Part shown: positions 37,731 through 47,578 of the stretch, in pieces
Numbering within the stretch: position 1 is the stretch's first letter
Layout of the letters: each line of letters starts with the position of its first letter
Assembly: GCA_016203305.1 (NCBI GenBank)
Contig: JACQMY010000039.1
Coordinates: 1 to 50,708 of the forward strand
Origin: Candidatus Woesearchaeota archaeon
Lineage (GTDB): Archaea; Nanobdellota; Nanobdellia; Woesearchaeales; ARS49
Direction of reading: 5' to 3'
DNA length: 50,708 nt
Made by a program: the position numbers and the translations under genes
The notes under the pieces: generated by a model
What the model saw: the letters and a program-made list of their open reading frames with translations, nothing else
Told to the model about the DNA's origin: nothing
The model's database searches: none

Positions 37731-38074
37731 CGCTGCTGATACGGACGCTCCTCAGGTTTTCTTTCCAACAAATCCAAACGATGAAGCACAGTCTCCAATT
37801 GCGCCTTTATCGTGTCCAACTTAGCACTAATCAACTGCAACTGCTGGTCAGAAGAAACCTCAGCCTTAGCAAACGCAGCAGGCTGAGCGAATGACGGTTG
37901 TGGAAATGAAGACGATGGCTCTGCAGGCGGCGCAGTAATTCCCTCAGCACCAGACATGCCCAAATTATCCATCGACGGAGAAGACGCAGGTTCTTCAGGA
38001 CGAGGAAACTCAGGAGCAGGATACTCGGTCACCTCTTCTTTCTTCCAAAACTTCAACTTATCCAGAACGCCCAT
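37715..38074 (-). CDS. Hypothetical protein (disordered middle, C-terminal coiled coil)
   Basis: [12 protein letters not shown]...[16 protein letters not shown]. Confidence 0.7.
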   Translation of the reverse strand: MGVLDKLKFWKKEEVTEYPAPEFPRPEEPASSPSMDNLGMSGAEGITAPPAEPSSSFPQPSFAQPAAFAKAEVSSDQQLQLISAKLDTIKAQLETVLHRLDLLERKPEERPYQQRWKGL

Positions 38075-38148
38075 ACATCAATTGAAAGACTTTTCCGTTA
38101 TAAACCTTTTGTCGTATATTTTTTAAACAACACTTCAATTTCACGCAC

Positions 38149-39015
38149 ATGCACCATCTAAGTAAATACACCTGGATTTTTGTCATCACAGCAATACTGC
38201 TCGGATTTGTTTGGCCAACACCGGGCATCCTGATCAAACCAGCTGTCAGCATACTTCTAATCGGCCTAATGACCCTTTCATTCATCAAAATAAAAACCGC
38301 GGACATTATAAGGGCATTCACACACGCACGGATTTACATCATAGTTCTCATCACGCTTTTGATCACACCGCTCCTTGCCTTTCTTGCAAAACCCTTTCTC
38401 GCGCCTGAAATCTTTGCCGGCCTCATCATCGCCACAGCAGTGCCTGCAGGAGTTTCTGTTGTGTTCATCTGCACACTCTGCCATGGAAAACCAGTGGATG
38501 CACTTAACATTACAGCCCTAAGCCACATAATCAGTACAATCACGCTGCCTCTCTTAATCTGGCTCGCAGGACAGGAAGCACACATACAACCGAGCACGCT
38601 TCTCTTTGTACTGATAAAATTCATTTTCTTGCCACTGATACTTGCACAAGTGGTAAGCCCCGTTATAGAACAACGCAAAGCGCTAAACTTCACACTCTCA
38701 ACTCTGCTACTCATCGCAATCATATGGGCAATAATCGCACCCACTCGAGCATTCATCATGGCATATCCTGCCCAAACAGTCACCGTCCTACTGATCAGCG
38801 GGACATGCATGCTTCTTCCATTCGCTCTTGGCTGGATAATTGGGAGGAGCCCTAGTGAAAAAATCACCTACTCAATTGCGGCAAGCTACAAGAACTACGC
38901 ACTTGCAACTGTAATCGCATACAGCTTGCTGGGCGAGATAGGAACACTCGCGCCAATCGCATACACCATTCTCAACAACATACTTTTCGCAATCGTTCAA
39001 GAACGTTTTGGCTGA
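38149..39015 (+). CDS. Bile acid:sodium symporter family transporter
   Basis: Many TMs; PAGVS and YKNYALA motifs. Confidence 0.85.
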   Translation: MHHLSKYTWIFVITAILLGFVWPTPGILIKPAVSILLIGLMTLSFIKIKTADIIRAFTHARIYIIVLITLLITPLLAFLAKPFLAPEIFAGLIIATAVPAGVSVVFICTLCHGKPVDALNITALSHIISTITLPLLIWLAGQEAHIQPSTLLFVLIKFIFLPLILAQVVSPVIEQRKALNFTLSTLLLIAIIWAIIAPTRAFIMAYPAQTVTVLLISGTCMLLPFALGWIIGRSPSEKITYSIAASYKNYALATVIAYSLLGEIGTLAPIAYTILNNILFAIVQERFG

Positions 39016-39674
39016 ACGCGCAGAGATTTGCCCTCAGCAACGAACAATGCATGAAACTCGTTAAACAAAGCAGACCGTTCTTCGTTATTCGTAATTCGTT
39101 GTTCGAATTCGCCATAAAACAAACCCTGCAGTTCATGATAATCAACATCAGCAGAACAAATATCCAGATTACTACAAATTCGTTTGGTGTAAGCATCAAC
39201 AACAAAAACAGGACGTCTCCCAGCATAGAGCAACATGCTATCAGCAGTCTCAGGACCAACACCCCACAAAGAAAGAAGCTCTTCTCGAATTTCGTTTGTA
39301 ACACGCAGCCTGTCGAATAACTTGCTCATTGAACCATGCTTTTTCAGGACATACTGCGCGAACAACTTGAGCTTTTTCGCTTTTTGACGGAAATAACCAC
39401 TGCTCCTTATCAAAGAAGCAAGCCTTCGCTGATTAACACCAGAGAGCTTTTCTAAATCAACCAAACCAGCACCAAATAATGCATCAAGCGCCTTTTCAAC
39501 ATTCTTCCAGCTCGTATTCTGAGTCAAGACAGCACCGATGCAAATCTCCAACAGCTCTTCTTCAGACAACATCCGAGAACCATTCGAAGAATGGTAACCA
39601 AACTGCCTTGTAGGCCACCAACCCTGCGGGCCATGCCTGCGCAACAAAACACCATACAATTGAATGAGTTTCAT
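38997..39674 (-). CDS. Endonuclease III-related HhH-GPD protein
   Basis: GPQGWWP, GAVLTQNTSWKNV, GVGPETADSMLLY, VVDAYTKR. Confidence 0.9.
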   Translation of the reverse strand: MKLIQLYGVLLRRHGPQGWWPTRQFGYHSSNGSRMLSEEELLEICIGAVLTQNTSWKNVEKALDALFGAGLVDLEKLSGVNQRRLASLIRSSGYFRQKAKKLKLFAQYVLKKHGSMSKLFDRLRVTNEIREELLSLWGVGPETADSMLLYAGRRPVFVVDAYTKRICSNLDICSADVDYHELQGLFYGEFEQRITNNEERSALFNEFHALFVAEGKSLRVQPKRS

Positions 39675-40756
39675 CTTAACGATTTCAGCACTTTGTCTAA
39701 CGCTTTGGAAGTAACAGTCCAATCAAACTCCTTCCGAACCTTCTGCTGCAACAATTTCGCCATTCTTTTTGCCTTAACAGGATTTTTCAACACCCAGTTA
39801 ATCCGTTCACGCAAAGCAAGAACGTCCTTTGGTTTGATCAAAAAACCAGTCTTATCATCAATGATCTCGCGCGTGCCGCCAACATCTGTTGCTATCACTG
39901 GAACACCAACAGCACCCGCCTCCAAAACAGAAGTCGGCAAACCCTCAGCATAAGAAGGATTCACAAAAACATCCGAATAAGAAAGAACCTTCCTAATGCC
40001 AGCAGAATCCTGCTCGCCCAAGAAAACAACATTCCTGCCAGCAGCCGATCTAAGCTCACGCGCATAATTACCACTGCCAATAATGAGAACTTTCACGTTC
40101 TCCATTTCAGCAGTTGCTTCCACTAAATCCTGAACACCCTTCGCCTCAATCAAACGGCCAACAAATGAAATAACTTTTTGCCTGTACGGCTTGGTTGTTT
40201 TTACCGGCTTGAAGAATGAGGAATCAATCGCATTATGCAAAACAATAGTCTTGCGCTTACACAAATGTCTTGCAAACTTAGCAGAAGCATCACTAACACC
40301 CGCGACCGCACGTGCACGATGCACAACAAAATAGCCAATCGTATGATCATACAACCAGTTCACAGCGTAGACGAATGGCTTGCTGCCTGTGTGCATAGTC
40401 CCATGCTCGATATGCAAATGCGGAATCTTGTTTTTCCTGGCAAACCGAGCACCAACAAAAGACAACGTGAAGAAACGCGTATGCGTTATGACCGCATCAT
40501 AAGTTCCCAAAGTTTGCAAGAATTTGAAAACGCCAGGCAGGACAACAGGATAAGTTCCACCCAACGCATTCCAAGTTGGAACGCGAAAAACATGCATGCC
40601 ACGATAGGATTCCTTTTCTTTCATGCCACGAAGCAAAGCAGTAACAACATCAACCTTCCAACCATGCTTCACCAAACGAACACCAGTTTCTTCAGCATAC
40701 TTTTCCACGCCGCCACGATGCGGCCAAAAATACGGAGCGAAAATCAAGATTTTCAT
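39671..40756 (-). CDS. GT4 glycosyltransferase
   Basis: GGVE, FVGRL..KG, PSYAEGLPTSVLEA. Confidence 0.92.
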   Translation of the reverse strand: MKILIFAPYFWPHRGGVEKYAEETGVRLVKHGWKVDVVTALLRGMKEKESYRGMHVFRVPTWNALGGTYPVVLPGVFKFLQTLGTYDAVITHTRFFTLSFVGARFARKNKIPHLHIEHGTMHTGSKPFVYAVNWLYDHTIGYFVVHRARAVAGVSDASAKFARHLCKRKTIVLHNAIDSSFFKPVKTTKPYRQKVISFVGRLIEAKGVQDLVEATAEMENVKVLIIGSGNYARELRSAAGRNVVFLGEQDSAGIRKVLSYSDVFVNPSYAEGLPTSVLEAGAVGVPVIATDVGGTREIIDDKTGFLIKPKDVLALRERINWVLKNPVKAKRMAKLLQQKVRKEFDWTVTSKALDKVLKSLR

Positions 40757-40760
40757 TTTG

Positions 40761-40875
40761 TCACGGACCATCGGTTCCGCTTCTTCGCTTCGCTCGATCG
40801 CTCATAAAATTGCGATGGTCCGTGAGCACACTCGGAATTCCACCCAATTGATCATCAATTTCGGTGGAATTCCGA
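40761..40875 (+). mobile_element. Two-hairpin REP/MITE-like element, copy 1
   Basis: TCACGGACCATCG..CGATGGTCCGTGA-GCACAC-TCGGAATTCCACC..GGTGGAATTCCGA. Confidence 0.7.
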
Positions 40876-41195
40876 TGTTTTTTAAGCGCAAACTCGCGCA
40901 CCAATCTTGTCGTGTTACGCTCGAGATTCTCCAAGCGCAAATAAATACGAAACACCAGATAAAATAACAAAATGATTGAAAGATAAACAATAAGGTCAAC
41001 ACCCCGCTCAACACCAAAAGGCTTGCTAACACCAGATGCAAGGCCAGGCAAAAAAGCAATTACGCTTAATCCACCCCAAATCACCAGCCAAAACACGAGC
41101 CACTGACCGGTCAGACGACGTTCACGGAAGAGCGCAAAAGCCCTCAAAATACCGAAAACAGTCACAAGAATTGCAATAATCTGGATCGGAGTCAT
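40761..41195 (-). CDS. DUF2304 membrane protein; C-terminus extended by a hairpin element
   Basis: GVERGVDLIVY..TRLVREFAL. Confidence 0.85.
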   Translation of the reverse strand: MTPIQIIAILVTVFGILRAFALFRERRLTGQWLVFWLVIWGGLSVIAFLPGLASGVSKPFGVERGVDLIVYLSIILLFYLVFRIYLRLENLERNTTRLVREFALKKHRNSTEIDDQLGGIPSVLTDHRNFMSDRAKRRSGTDGP

Positions 41196-41199
41196 TTTG

Positions 41200-41880
41200 T
41201 TACCTCATGAATTTATGCAAAAGCATTTTGTATAAAATTCTAAACGCGTTCCACGAACTCTGACCATGCTTCTTCGAATACTCTGTATACTTGATAACAA
41301 CTGGAACTTCCTTATAACGCAACTGTTTCTTCCTTATTTCATCAATAAACTCAGACGCGTGCTCCATGCGGTCAGCACGCAATTCTATGGTCTGTGCAGC
41401 ATGCCGAGACATCGCGCGAAAACCATTATGCGCATCAGTCATTTTTACACCATACAAAAGCCAAATAAAAAAAATGCCGCCCTTCAAGAACAACTTGCGC
41501 ACAAATGGAACACCCGCTTTACCTTTCAAAAACCTACTGCCCAAAGCAATGTCAGCCTTGCCATCAACAACCGGCTTCAGCATTGCGGGCAAGTCCTCAA
41601 CACGATGCTGGCCATCAGCATCAAAAGTCACTATAAACTCCGCACCCTGCTGCAAAGCAAAATCAATACCGGTCTTCAACGAAGCACCCTGGCCCCTATT
41701 AATAATGTGGCGCAACGCCTGCGCGCCATGCTGTTCTGCCATTTGGAACGTTTTGTCCCTAGAACCATCATCAACAACCACAACGTTCTGATAACCCGCC
41801 TCCTTGAGCCCATCAACTACCTTGCCAATCGCATGCTCCTCATTATATGCTGCAATCACAATCCAAGCCCCCTGTTCCAT
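41200..41880 (-). CDS. GT2 (DPM synthase-like) glycosyltransferase
   Basis: AAYNE, VVVDDGS, NRGQG, FDADGQH, TDAHNGFR. Confidence 0.93.
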   Translation of the reverse strand: MEQGAWIVIAAYNEEHAIGKVVDGLKEAGYQNVVVVDDGSRDKTFQMAEQHGAQALRHIINRGQGASLKTGIDFALQQGAEFIVTFDADGQHRVEDLPAMLKPVVDGKADIALGSRFLKGKAGVPFVRKLFLKGGIFFIWLLYGVKMTDAHNGFRAMSRHAAQTIELRADRMEHASEFIDEIRKKQLRYKEVPVVIKYTEYSKKHGQSSWNAFRILYKMLLHKFMR

Positions 41881-41962
41881 ATCGACGATAATACAAACAC
41901 CCTTTTAAAAGGTTTATGAACTCCAGAACTAGTTTTATATAGGTTGTTCCGAAGATACATTT

Positions 41963-42769
41963 ATGCGTCTGCACGCACCAAATTTCAACCTTACACACAC
42001 CCTGGACAGCGGACAATTCTTCAGATACGACAAGATAGGAGAATGGTATTACTGCCAAGAAAGGGATGTTTTGTTCAAAATAAAGCAAAATTCAGATTGG
42101 CTAGAGTTTGAAGGAACAACAGAAGAACACGTAAAACGCCTCTTTGGACTACAGTGCGATTACGAACAAATCATAAAAGAACTCTCTAAAGACAAAACGC
42201 TCCTGCCCGCAATCAAAAAATACAAAGGACTCCGCGTGATGCAAAGAGACCCATGGGAAACCCTCGTAAGCTTTCAATGCAGCATAATGAGCAATATCAA
42301 AAAAATAAAGTTAAACATGAGCTGCCTTGCAAAAGAGTTTGGAACTCCAATCAAGCTTGATAAATATGCATCGCACACTTTTCCAAAACCAGGAATGCTG
42401 CATGACTTGGAAAAAATCAAAAGGTGCGCAACAGGATTCAGAGCAAAATACATACACCAAGCAAACAGCCTAGTTGATGACGAATACTTTGAAAAATTAA
42501 GAACGAAAAAATATGCTGAAGCACACGAACAACTAATGGAACTCCCAGGAGTAGCCGAAAAAGTCGCAGACTGCATCTGCATATTCGCACTCTGCAAAAC
42601 AGAAGCATTCCCAGTAGACGTCTGGATTGAACGAATCATGAAACAAACCTATCCAGAAACAAAAAAAATGAAAAACAAACAAATACGACAGTTTGCGTCT
42701 GACAGATGGGGAAAAAATGCAGGATATGCGCAGCAGTTCTTATATCACTATGCGAGGCACAACACATGA
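41963..42769 (+). CDS. ogg1: 8-oxoguanine DNA glycosylase (OGG1 type)
   Basis: TLDSGQFFR, QRDPWETLVSF, GFRAKYI, GVAEKVADC, FPVDVW, AGYAQQFL. Confidence 0.9.
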   Translation: MRLHAPNFNLTHTLDSGQFFRYDKIGEWYYCQERDVLFKIKQNSDWLEFEGTTEEHVKRLFGLQCDYEQIIKELSKDKTLLPAIKKYKGLRVMQRDPWETLVSFQCSIMSNIKKIKLNMSCLAKEFGTPIKLDKYASHTFPKPGMLHDLEKIKRCATGFRAKYIHQANSLVDDEYFEKLRTKKYAEAHEQLMELPGVAEKVADCICIFALCKTEAFPVDVWIERIMKQTYPETKKMKNKQIRQFASDRWGKNAGYAQQFLYHYARHNT

Positions 42770-43134
42770 AAGCACTCTCACTCAAACAACCATGGGCAGA
42801 ACTGGTTGTTTCAGGAAGAAAAACAATTGAGTTAAGAAACTGGGAAACCAGGTTTCGGGGAGAATTCCTAGTCCACGCATCAAAAAACCCAAACAAAAAA
42901 GCAATGGAACTCCTCGGCTACAAAGAACTGCCACTAGGCAGCATAGTAGGAAAGGCAACACTGGTTGACGTCAAACACTATAAGAACATGGACGAGTTCA
43001 ATTCGGATGCAAACAAACACTTCGCGACACCAGGATGGTACGATGACAAAGCAAAAGGATTTATCCTAAAAAATGCAAGCCGCTTAGAACCGAAACCACT
43101 AAAAGGCAAGCTCAACTTCTTTGAAGTAGGATGA
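42766..43134 (+). CDS. ASCH-domain protein
   Basis: ALSLKQPWAELVVSGRKTIELR..LVHAS. Confidence 0.92.
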   Translation: MKALSLKQPWAELVVSGRKTIELRNWETRFRGEFLVHASKNPNKKAMELLGYKELPLGSIVGKATLVDVKHYKNMDEFNSDANKHFATPGWYDDKAKGFILKNASRLEPKPLKGKLNFFEVG

Positions 43135-43592
43135 ACAATGTTAAAATCAAACAAACCAACAAAGGCAAAGGAATTTTTGCAGCATATGAACTGCAAAAAG
43201 AAACAAAGATTCTAAAATTTGAACGCAACTTTGTCACCCTGCCAAATACTGTGACCTTGCGCATTGATGAACACAAACACCAATTGAGCACAAATCCCCA
43301 CTCAGCTGAAAACTACATCAACCACGCCTGCGATCCCAATGCGTACATTGACTTCAACGACCTAAGTCTTCGCGCACTAAGAAAAATCAAGCTAGAAGAA
43401 GAAATCACCTACAACTACTTCACCAGCGATTGGGACAACGAAGACCCATTCGACTGCAAATGTGGATCTCCATGTTGCAAAAAGCTAATTAATGGATTCA
43501 AGCACCTCTCTCTCACTGAAAAGAAAAAACTTGCGCCACTCCTCTCGCCATTCCTAAAGAAAAAACTTGGAGAGGAACTCACACTCCTATGA
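43131..43592 (+). CDS. SET-domain protein with post-SET
   Basis: KGKGIFA, YINHACDPN, EEITYNY, CKCGSPCC. Confidence 0.92.
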   Translation: MNNVKIKQTNKGKGIFAAYELQKETKILKFERNFVTLPNTVTLRIDEHKHQLSTNPHSAENYINHACDPNAYIDFNDLSLRALRKIKLEEEITYNYFTSDWDNEDPFDCKCGSPCCKKLINGFKHLSLTEKKKLAPLLSPFLKKKLGEELTLL

Positions 43593-44242
43593 CACCAACA
43601 CATGACCAAATTGATCGAGTACTAAACATCCTGGTAAAGGAAGAAGGCAGCGCGACAATGCTCGGCAGAATGGGAAAAAAATACGAGCCATTCAAAGTCT
43701 TAATTTCAACCATACTTTCTGCGCGCGCAAAAGACGAAGTAACTGAGGTAGTCGCAGAAAAGCTGTTTGAAAAATATGACACAGCGGAAAAACTTGCCAA
43801 TGCTGACAAGAGAGAAGTGATCAGAATAATAAGAAAAATAGGATTCTACAACGCAAAAAGCAAAAACGTAATCAACACGGCAAAAATGCTTCTAGAAAAG
43901 TTCAACGGAAAAGTGCCAGACAAGCTAGAACAATTGATAGAACTCCCAGGCGTTGGAAGAAAAGTAGCAAACTGCGTTCTCGTCTACGCGTACAAACAAG
44001 ACGCGATACCAACTGACACCCATGTCCACAGAATAAGCAACAGACTAGGATGGGTGAAAACAAAACAACCAGAAGAAACAGAACAAGCACTCGAAAAACT
44101 CGTCCCAAAAAAACACTGGCAGCTCATCAATGACACCTTTGTAACACACGGCAAAACAATTTGCGTTCCAATCTCCCCATTCTGCAGCAAGTGCCCAATC
44201 TACAGATATTGTCAAAAGCAAGAGGTAACAAAAAGTAGATAA
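43589..44242 (+). CDS. nth: Endonuclease III
   Basis: LISTILSA, LPGVGRKVAN, DTHVHRI, C-x6-C-x2-C-x5-C FeS motif. Confidence 0.95.
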   Translation: MTPTHDQIDRVLNILVKEEGSATMLGRMGKKYEPFKVLISTILSARAKDEVTEVVAEKLFEKYDTAEKLANADKREVIRIIRKIGFYNAKSKNVINTAKMLLEKFNGKVPDKLEQLIELPGVGRKVANCVLVYAYKQDAIPTDTHVHRISNRLGWVKTKQPEETEQALEKLVPKKHWQLINDTFVTHGKTICVPISPFCSKCPIYRYCQKQEVTKSR

Positions 44243-44265
44243 ACACGTTGAACGCAAGGAGGAAC

Positions 44266-44661
44266 ATGGGGAATATAGTCAAAGTTGCAGTCCTGCCAAT
44301 AGTTGATAAAAGAGTTCTAATGTGCCGCAAACTAGGAGTTGACGCGCTCATCAACCTTGGCGGAAAAGTGGAAAATGAAGAAACTGATGAACAGTGCGCA
44401 GAACGAGAAACTCTGGAAGAAGCACAGTGTGGAGTAAAGGATCTTGTCCATTACACCACTGTCACAGCGCCGAGAGTCGATGAACCAAGCTCAACAATAG
44501 AACTCCGCTGTTATTTTGGCCAACTGGATGGAACACCCAAACCAAGAGAAGGTGACAAGATAATAGGCTTTGAATACATCGACAGAACATACAATGCTAG
44601 CAAACTTCCGCCGGCAATGCGAAAAGTCTTTGAGAAACTGGTATCAGACGGGCACCTCTAG
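44266..44661 (+). CDS. Nudix hydrolase (MutT-like)
   Basis: GGKVENEETDEQCAERETLEE; AGGAGG SD. Confidence 0.85.
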   Translation: MGNIVKVAVLPIVDKRVLMCRKLGVDALINLGGKVENEETDEQCAERETLEEAQCGVKDLVHYTTVTAPRVDEPSSTIELRCYFGQLDGTPKPREGDKIIGFEYIDRTYNASKLPPAMRKVFEKLVSDGHL

Positions 44662-44754
44662 TAAAAGACACAATTTTTAGGACAATAGTTGTGTCTTTTA
44701 ATAGATTAGAACAGCGGATTTGCGTTTCAATAATAAATGTCCTGTTCTAATCTA
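44662..44754. repeat. Twin perfect inverted repeats (possible terminator or repeat element)
   Basis: TAAAAGACACAA/TTGTGTCTTTTA and TAGATTAGAACAG/CTGTTCTAATCTA. Confidence 0.65.
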
Positions 44755-44792
44755 GCAAAAACCATTTAAACAACACCAACACTCTTCTGACA

Positions 44793-45362
44793 ATGGTCAA
44801 CATGATCAAAATTGTGATTGCTGCAATAGTGCTGCTTACCATAATAGGCTATGCCCTGCTTGGCAAAAACGTCAAACGTGCCATAATCTTCAGAAGCGCG
44901 AAAACAAAAGCTTCAGAAAGTCTCGTCCTAGAAGTTGTAACTGGAATAATAACACTAGCAACAGCGCTCGCATATTATTTGCGCAACCGGCCAGAAGCAA
45001 CCTGGTGGATGGGAGCAGGCATTGTTCTACTTATCCTGGGAGGCATTGTACAACTCATTGCCCGCAAACACCTCTACGAAGACAAAACCTTCGAACACAG
45101 ACTACTGAGCGAGTTCAGCGCAGCACAAACAGGCATATACCGAAAACTCCGCTACCCAGGCAAAACAAGCACCCTGCTACTAACACTCGGATTCTGCCTA
45201 GCAATGGGAAGCACGTGGAGCATCGCAGTATGGGCAGCACTATTCCTACCGAGCACTCTCTACCGCATTAGTCAAGAAGAACAAACACTCCAAGACAAGT
45301 TCGGAGAACGATGGATGAACTACCAAGAAGAAAGCAAAAGAATAATCCCAGGAATATTCTAG
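44793..45362 (+). CDS. ICMT/PEMT-family membrane methyltransferase
   Basis: TGIYRKLRYP, EEQTL..KFG..Y....RIIPGIF. Confidence 0.8.
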   Translation: MVNMIKIVIAAIVLLTIIGYALLGKNVKRAIIFRSAKTKASESLVLEVVTGIITLATALAYYLRNRPEATWWMGAGIVLLILGGIVQLIARKHLYEDKTFEHRLLSEFSAAQTGIYRKLRYPGKTSTLLLTLGFCLAMGSTWSIAVWAALFLPSTLYRISQEEQTLQDKFGERWMNYQEESKRIIPGIF

Positions 45363-45439
45363 GCTTTAGGTTGTGGGGTGTAGGTATTAGGGCGAAGGCG
45401 GAAGGACGAAGGTTGTAGGTGTTAGGTTGTAGGACGAAG
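45363..45439 (+). repeat. Degenerate 7-mer tract (11 units)
   Basis: gctttag gttgtgg ggtgtag gtattag ggcgaag gcggaag gacgaag gttgtag gtgttag gttgtag gacgaag. Confidence 0.85.
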
Positions 45440-45486
45440 AACACTTGACCAAAACATATATAAACACACTTTCTTGCAACAAAAAC

Positions 45487-46419
45487 ATGCCAAAAGAGGA
45501 ACCACGCGCGGCACGAGTGTTCAAAACACTAAACGAATTCATCACACTGCTAGGCAACCTATTCAAATTCACAATCCTTGTCTTCTTCACACTATTCATA
45601 CTAAGCGCACTGGCATCAAGCATGCCTAAACTTGCAAAAGGAAACGTCGCAGTCATACCAATCAACGGACTCATCGCCACGGAAAGCGACGACTTTATGC
45701 AGGGAACAGACAGCCAAGACATTGCCGAACTCATCGAAGAAGCAAATGAAAATGAAGACATCAAAGCAATATTGTTCGACATCGATAGCCCAGGAGGAAC
45801 GCCCGTTGCAACAGACCAAATAGCCCAAGCAATCAAAGAAATCAACAAAACAACAATTGCGGTCATCGGAGAAACAGGAGCCAGCGGAGCATACTGGATT
45901 GCAACAGCAGCAAACAAAATCTACGCCAACAGAATGAGCGTCACAGGAAGCATAGGAGTAACTTCAAGCAGACTGGAATTCGGAGGCTTGCTCACAGACT
46001 ACAATATCACATATCGCAGACTGGTAGCTGGTAAGTATAAAGACCTCGGAACTCGATGGCGAGCAATGACAAGCGAAGAACAACAACTCTACCAAACGAT
46101 CCTTGATGATCTGCATGATGAGTTCATAACAACAGTATCAGAAAACAGAAAACTAGAACGAGAAAAAGTAAAAGCGCTTGCGACAGGATTCGTCTACCTG
46201 GGCAGCGAAGCAAAAGAACTCGGGCTGGTAGATGAACTAGGCGGGAAAAAAGAAGCGCTGAAATACTTGGAACAAACACTCAACATCACGGCAGAACCAG
46301 TCGACTATGAAAAACAAAAAACCTTCTTCGAAGAATTATCAGGCGTCACGAGCAACGCATTCTACAATCTCGGAAGAGGAATGACAAACCAGCAAGCACC
46401 AGCCATTACCTTAACGTGA
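45487..46419 (+). CDS. sppA: Signal peptide peptidase SppA
   Basis: IDSPGG, ASGAYWIA, TGSIGV, GKYKD, GLVDELG. Confidence 0.93.
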   Translation: MPKEEPRAARVFKTLNEFITLLGNLFKFTILVFFTLFILSALASSMPKLAKGNVAVIPINGLIATESDDFMQGTDSQDIAELIEEANENEDIKAILFDIDSPGGTPVATDQIAQAIKEINKTTIAVIGETGASGAYWIATAANKIYANRMSVTGSIGVTSSRLEFGGLLTDYNITYRRLVAGKYKDLGTRWRAMTSEEQQLYQTILDDLHDEFITTVSENRKLEREKVKALATGFVYLGSEAKELGLVDELGGKKEALKYLEQTLNITAEPVDYEKQKTFFEELSGVTSNAFYNLGRGMTNQQAPAITLT

Positions 46420-46804
46420 TCTTCGCCTGAGAACCAACACCAACACTATTCTTCCCTGCCAAACCCGCATTAACTTCCAAAACATAACGTGCAGGAGGGG
46501 AAACATACAACCGACACGGATCAGACTTGCATGGAACGGCTGTCTGAACATCCACAACGGTTCCATTCTCAGAAATAAAAATCATGTCAAGCGAAATCAA
46601 AGTGTTCTTCATCCAAAAAGAACGCTGCTGCTCGCCGTCAAAAACAAACAACATCCCTTGATAGTCATGTAAAGACTCGCGAAACATCAAACCTTTTGCT
46701 TTCTCATCAGCAGTACGTGCAAGCTCAACGTCAAAAGAAGCACCATCAAAAACAACCTTGGACCCAGAGCATGCAATCAAAAATAACAACAATAATCGCT
46801 TCAC
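46406..46804 (-). CDS. DUF192 protein with lipobox
   Basis: MKRLLLLFLIAC; GLMFR, FWMKNT..LDMIF, YVLEVNAG. Confidence 0.9.
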   Translation of the reverse strand: MKRLLLLFLIACSGSKVVFDGASFDVELARTADEKAKGLMFRESLHDYQGMLFVFDGEQQRSFWMKNTLISLDMIFISENGTVVDVQTAVPCKSDPCRLYVSPPARYVLEVNAGLAGKNSVGVGSQAKITLR

Positions 46805-47502
46805 TTACCCAACCCCATCTTACTCTTCCAAATAGGAACCTCATAAGCCATGGGCTCTTTTTCCAGTTTTAGAATACCTGCGTCTATCAAGTCATCAATG
46901 TTAACCATCGCAGTACGCTCATCAGCAATCCTCGGACAGGCAGTATTAACCCAGAAATCAATGAACGAAAAATTCTCAAACTGACGCATGTCAAGCTCGT
47001 CACACGCAAAAATATAGTACTCCTTATCAACATTCTTTGCCAATTCAAACGCGCGCACCAAGTTCTTCTGACCAATCTTCGTGCTAACAATAATGCCAAC
47101 TCTTTTCGCATGAAGGTATTTTGAAAGCTCGCCTGCCTTCCGTCCAGCATGAAGTATCGCTGCTTTATCACTCAACAAACCAAGCTCCTGCGTCGAAGGA
47201 TTCCACAACCAAACCTCCTGACCAGTCTTTAACGCAACCTGAATGGGATGAAACTCGCCAGAACCAACAAACAACCAAGCATCAACCTTGTCCTTAATCT
47301 TCTCAGCCTCAGAAGCATTACAGCCAAGAACCTGGCCCCCAATAATCGCAGTGCGCAATTGTTCCAACACATCACCAATCTTGTGAGCATGCTGAATGGT
47401 GGTAACAACACCCCAACGCTGCTTTGGAAGCATGGCCAACTTGCCCTGGGGCAAACGCACATCCAAAGTGCTCTTTGCATGCACGTGCATAACCTTTATC
47501 AT
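46801..47502 (-). CDS. dph2: Diphthamide biosynthesis protein Dph2
   Basis: TTIQH, GQVLGC, GSGEFH, VSTKIGQ, NTACPRI. Confidence 0.88.
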   Translation of the reverse strand: MIKVMHVHAKSTLDVRLPQGKLAMLPKQRWGVVTTIQHAHKIGDVLEQLRTAIIGGQVLGCNASEAEKIKDKVDAWLFVGSGEFHPIQVALKTGQEVWLWNPSTQELGLLSDKAAILHAGRKAGELSKYLHAKRVGIIVSTKIGQKNLVRAFELAKNVDKEYYIFACDELDMRQFENFSFIDFWVNTACPRIADERTAMVNIDDLIDAGILKLEKEPMAYEVPIWKSKMGLGK

Positions 47503-47578
47503 GGTACAACGATCCAGATAACGATTTAAAAAACTATTGCTTGTATCTTCTAATGAAATGCTTCAAAGACTTGACATG

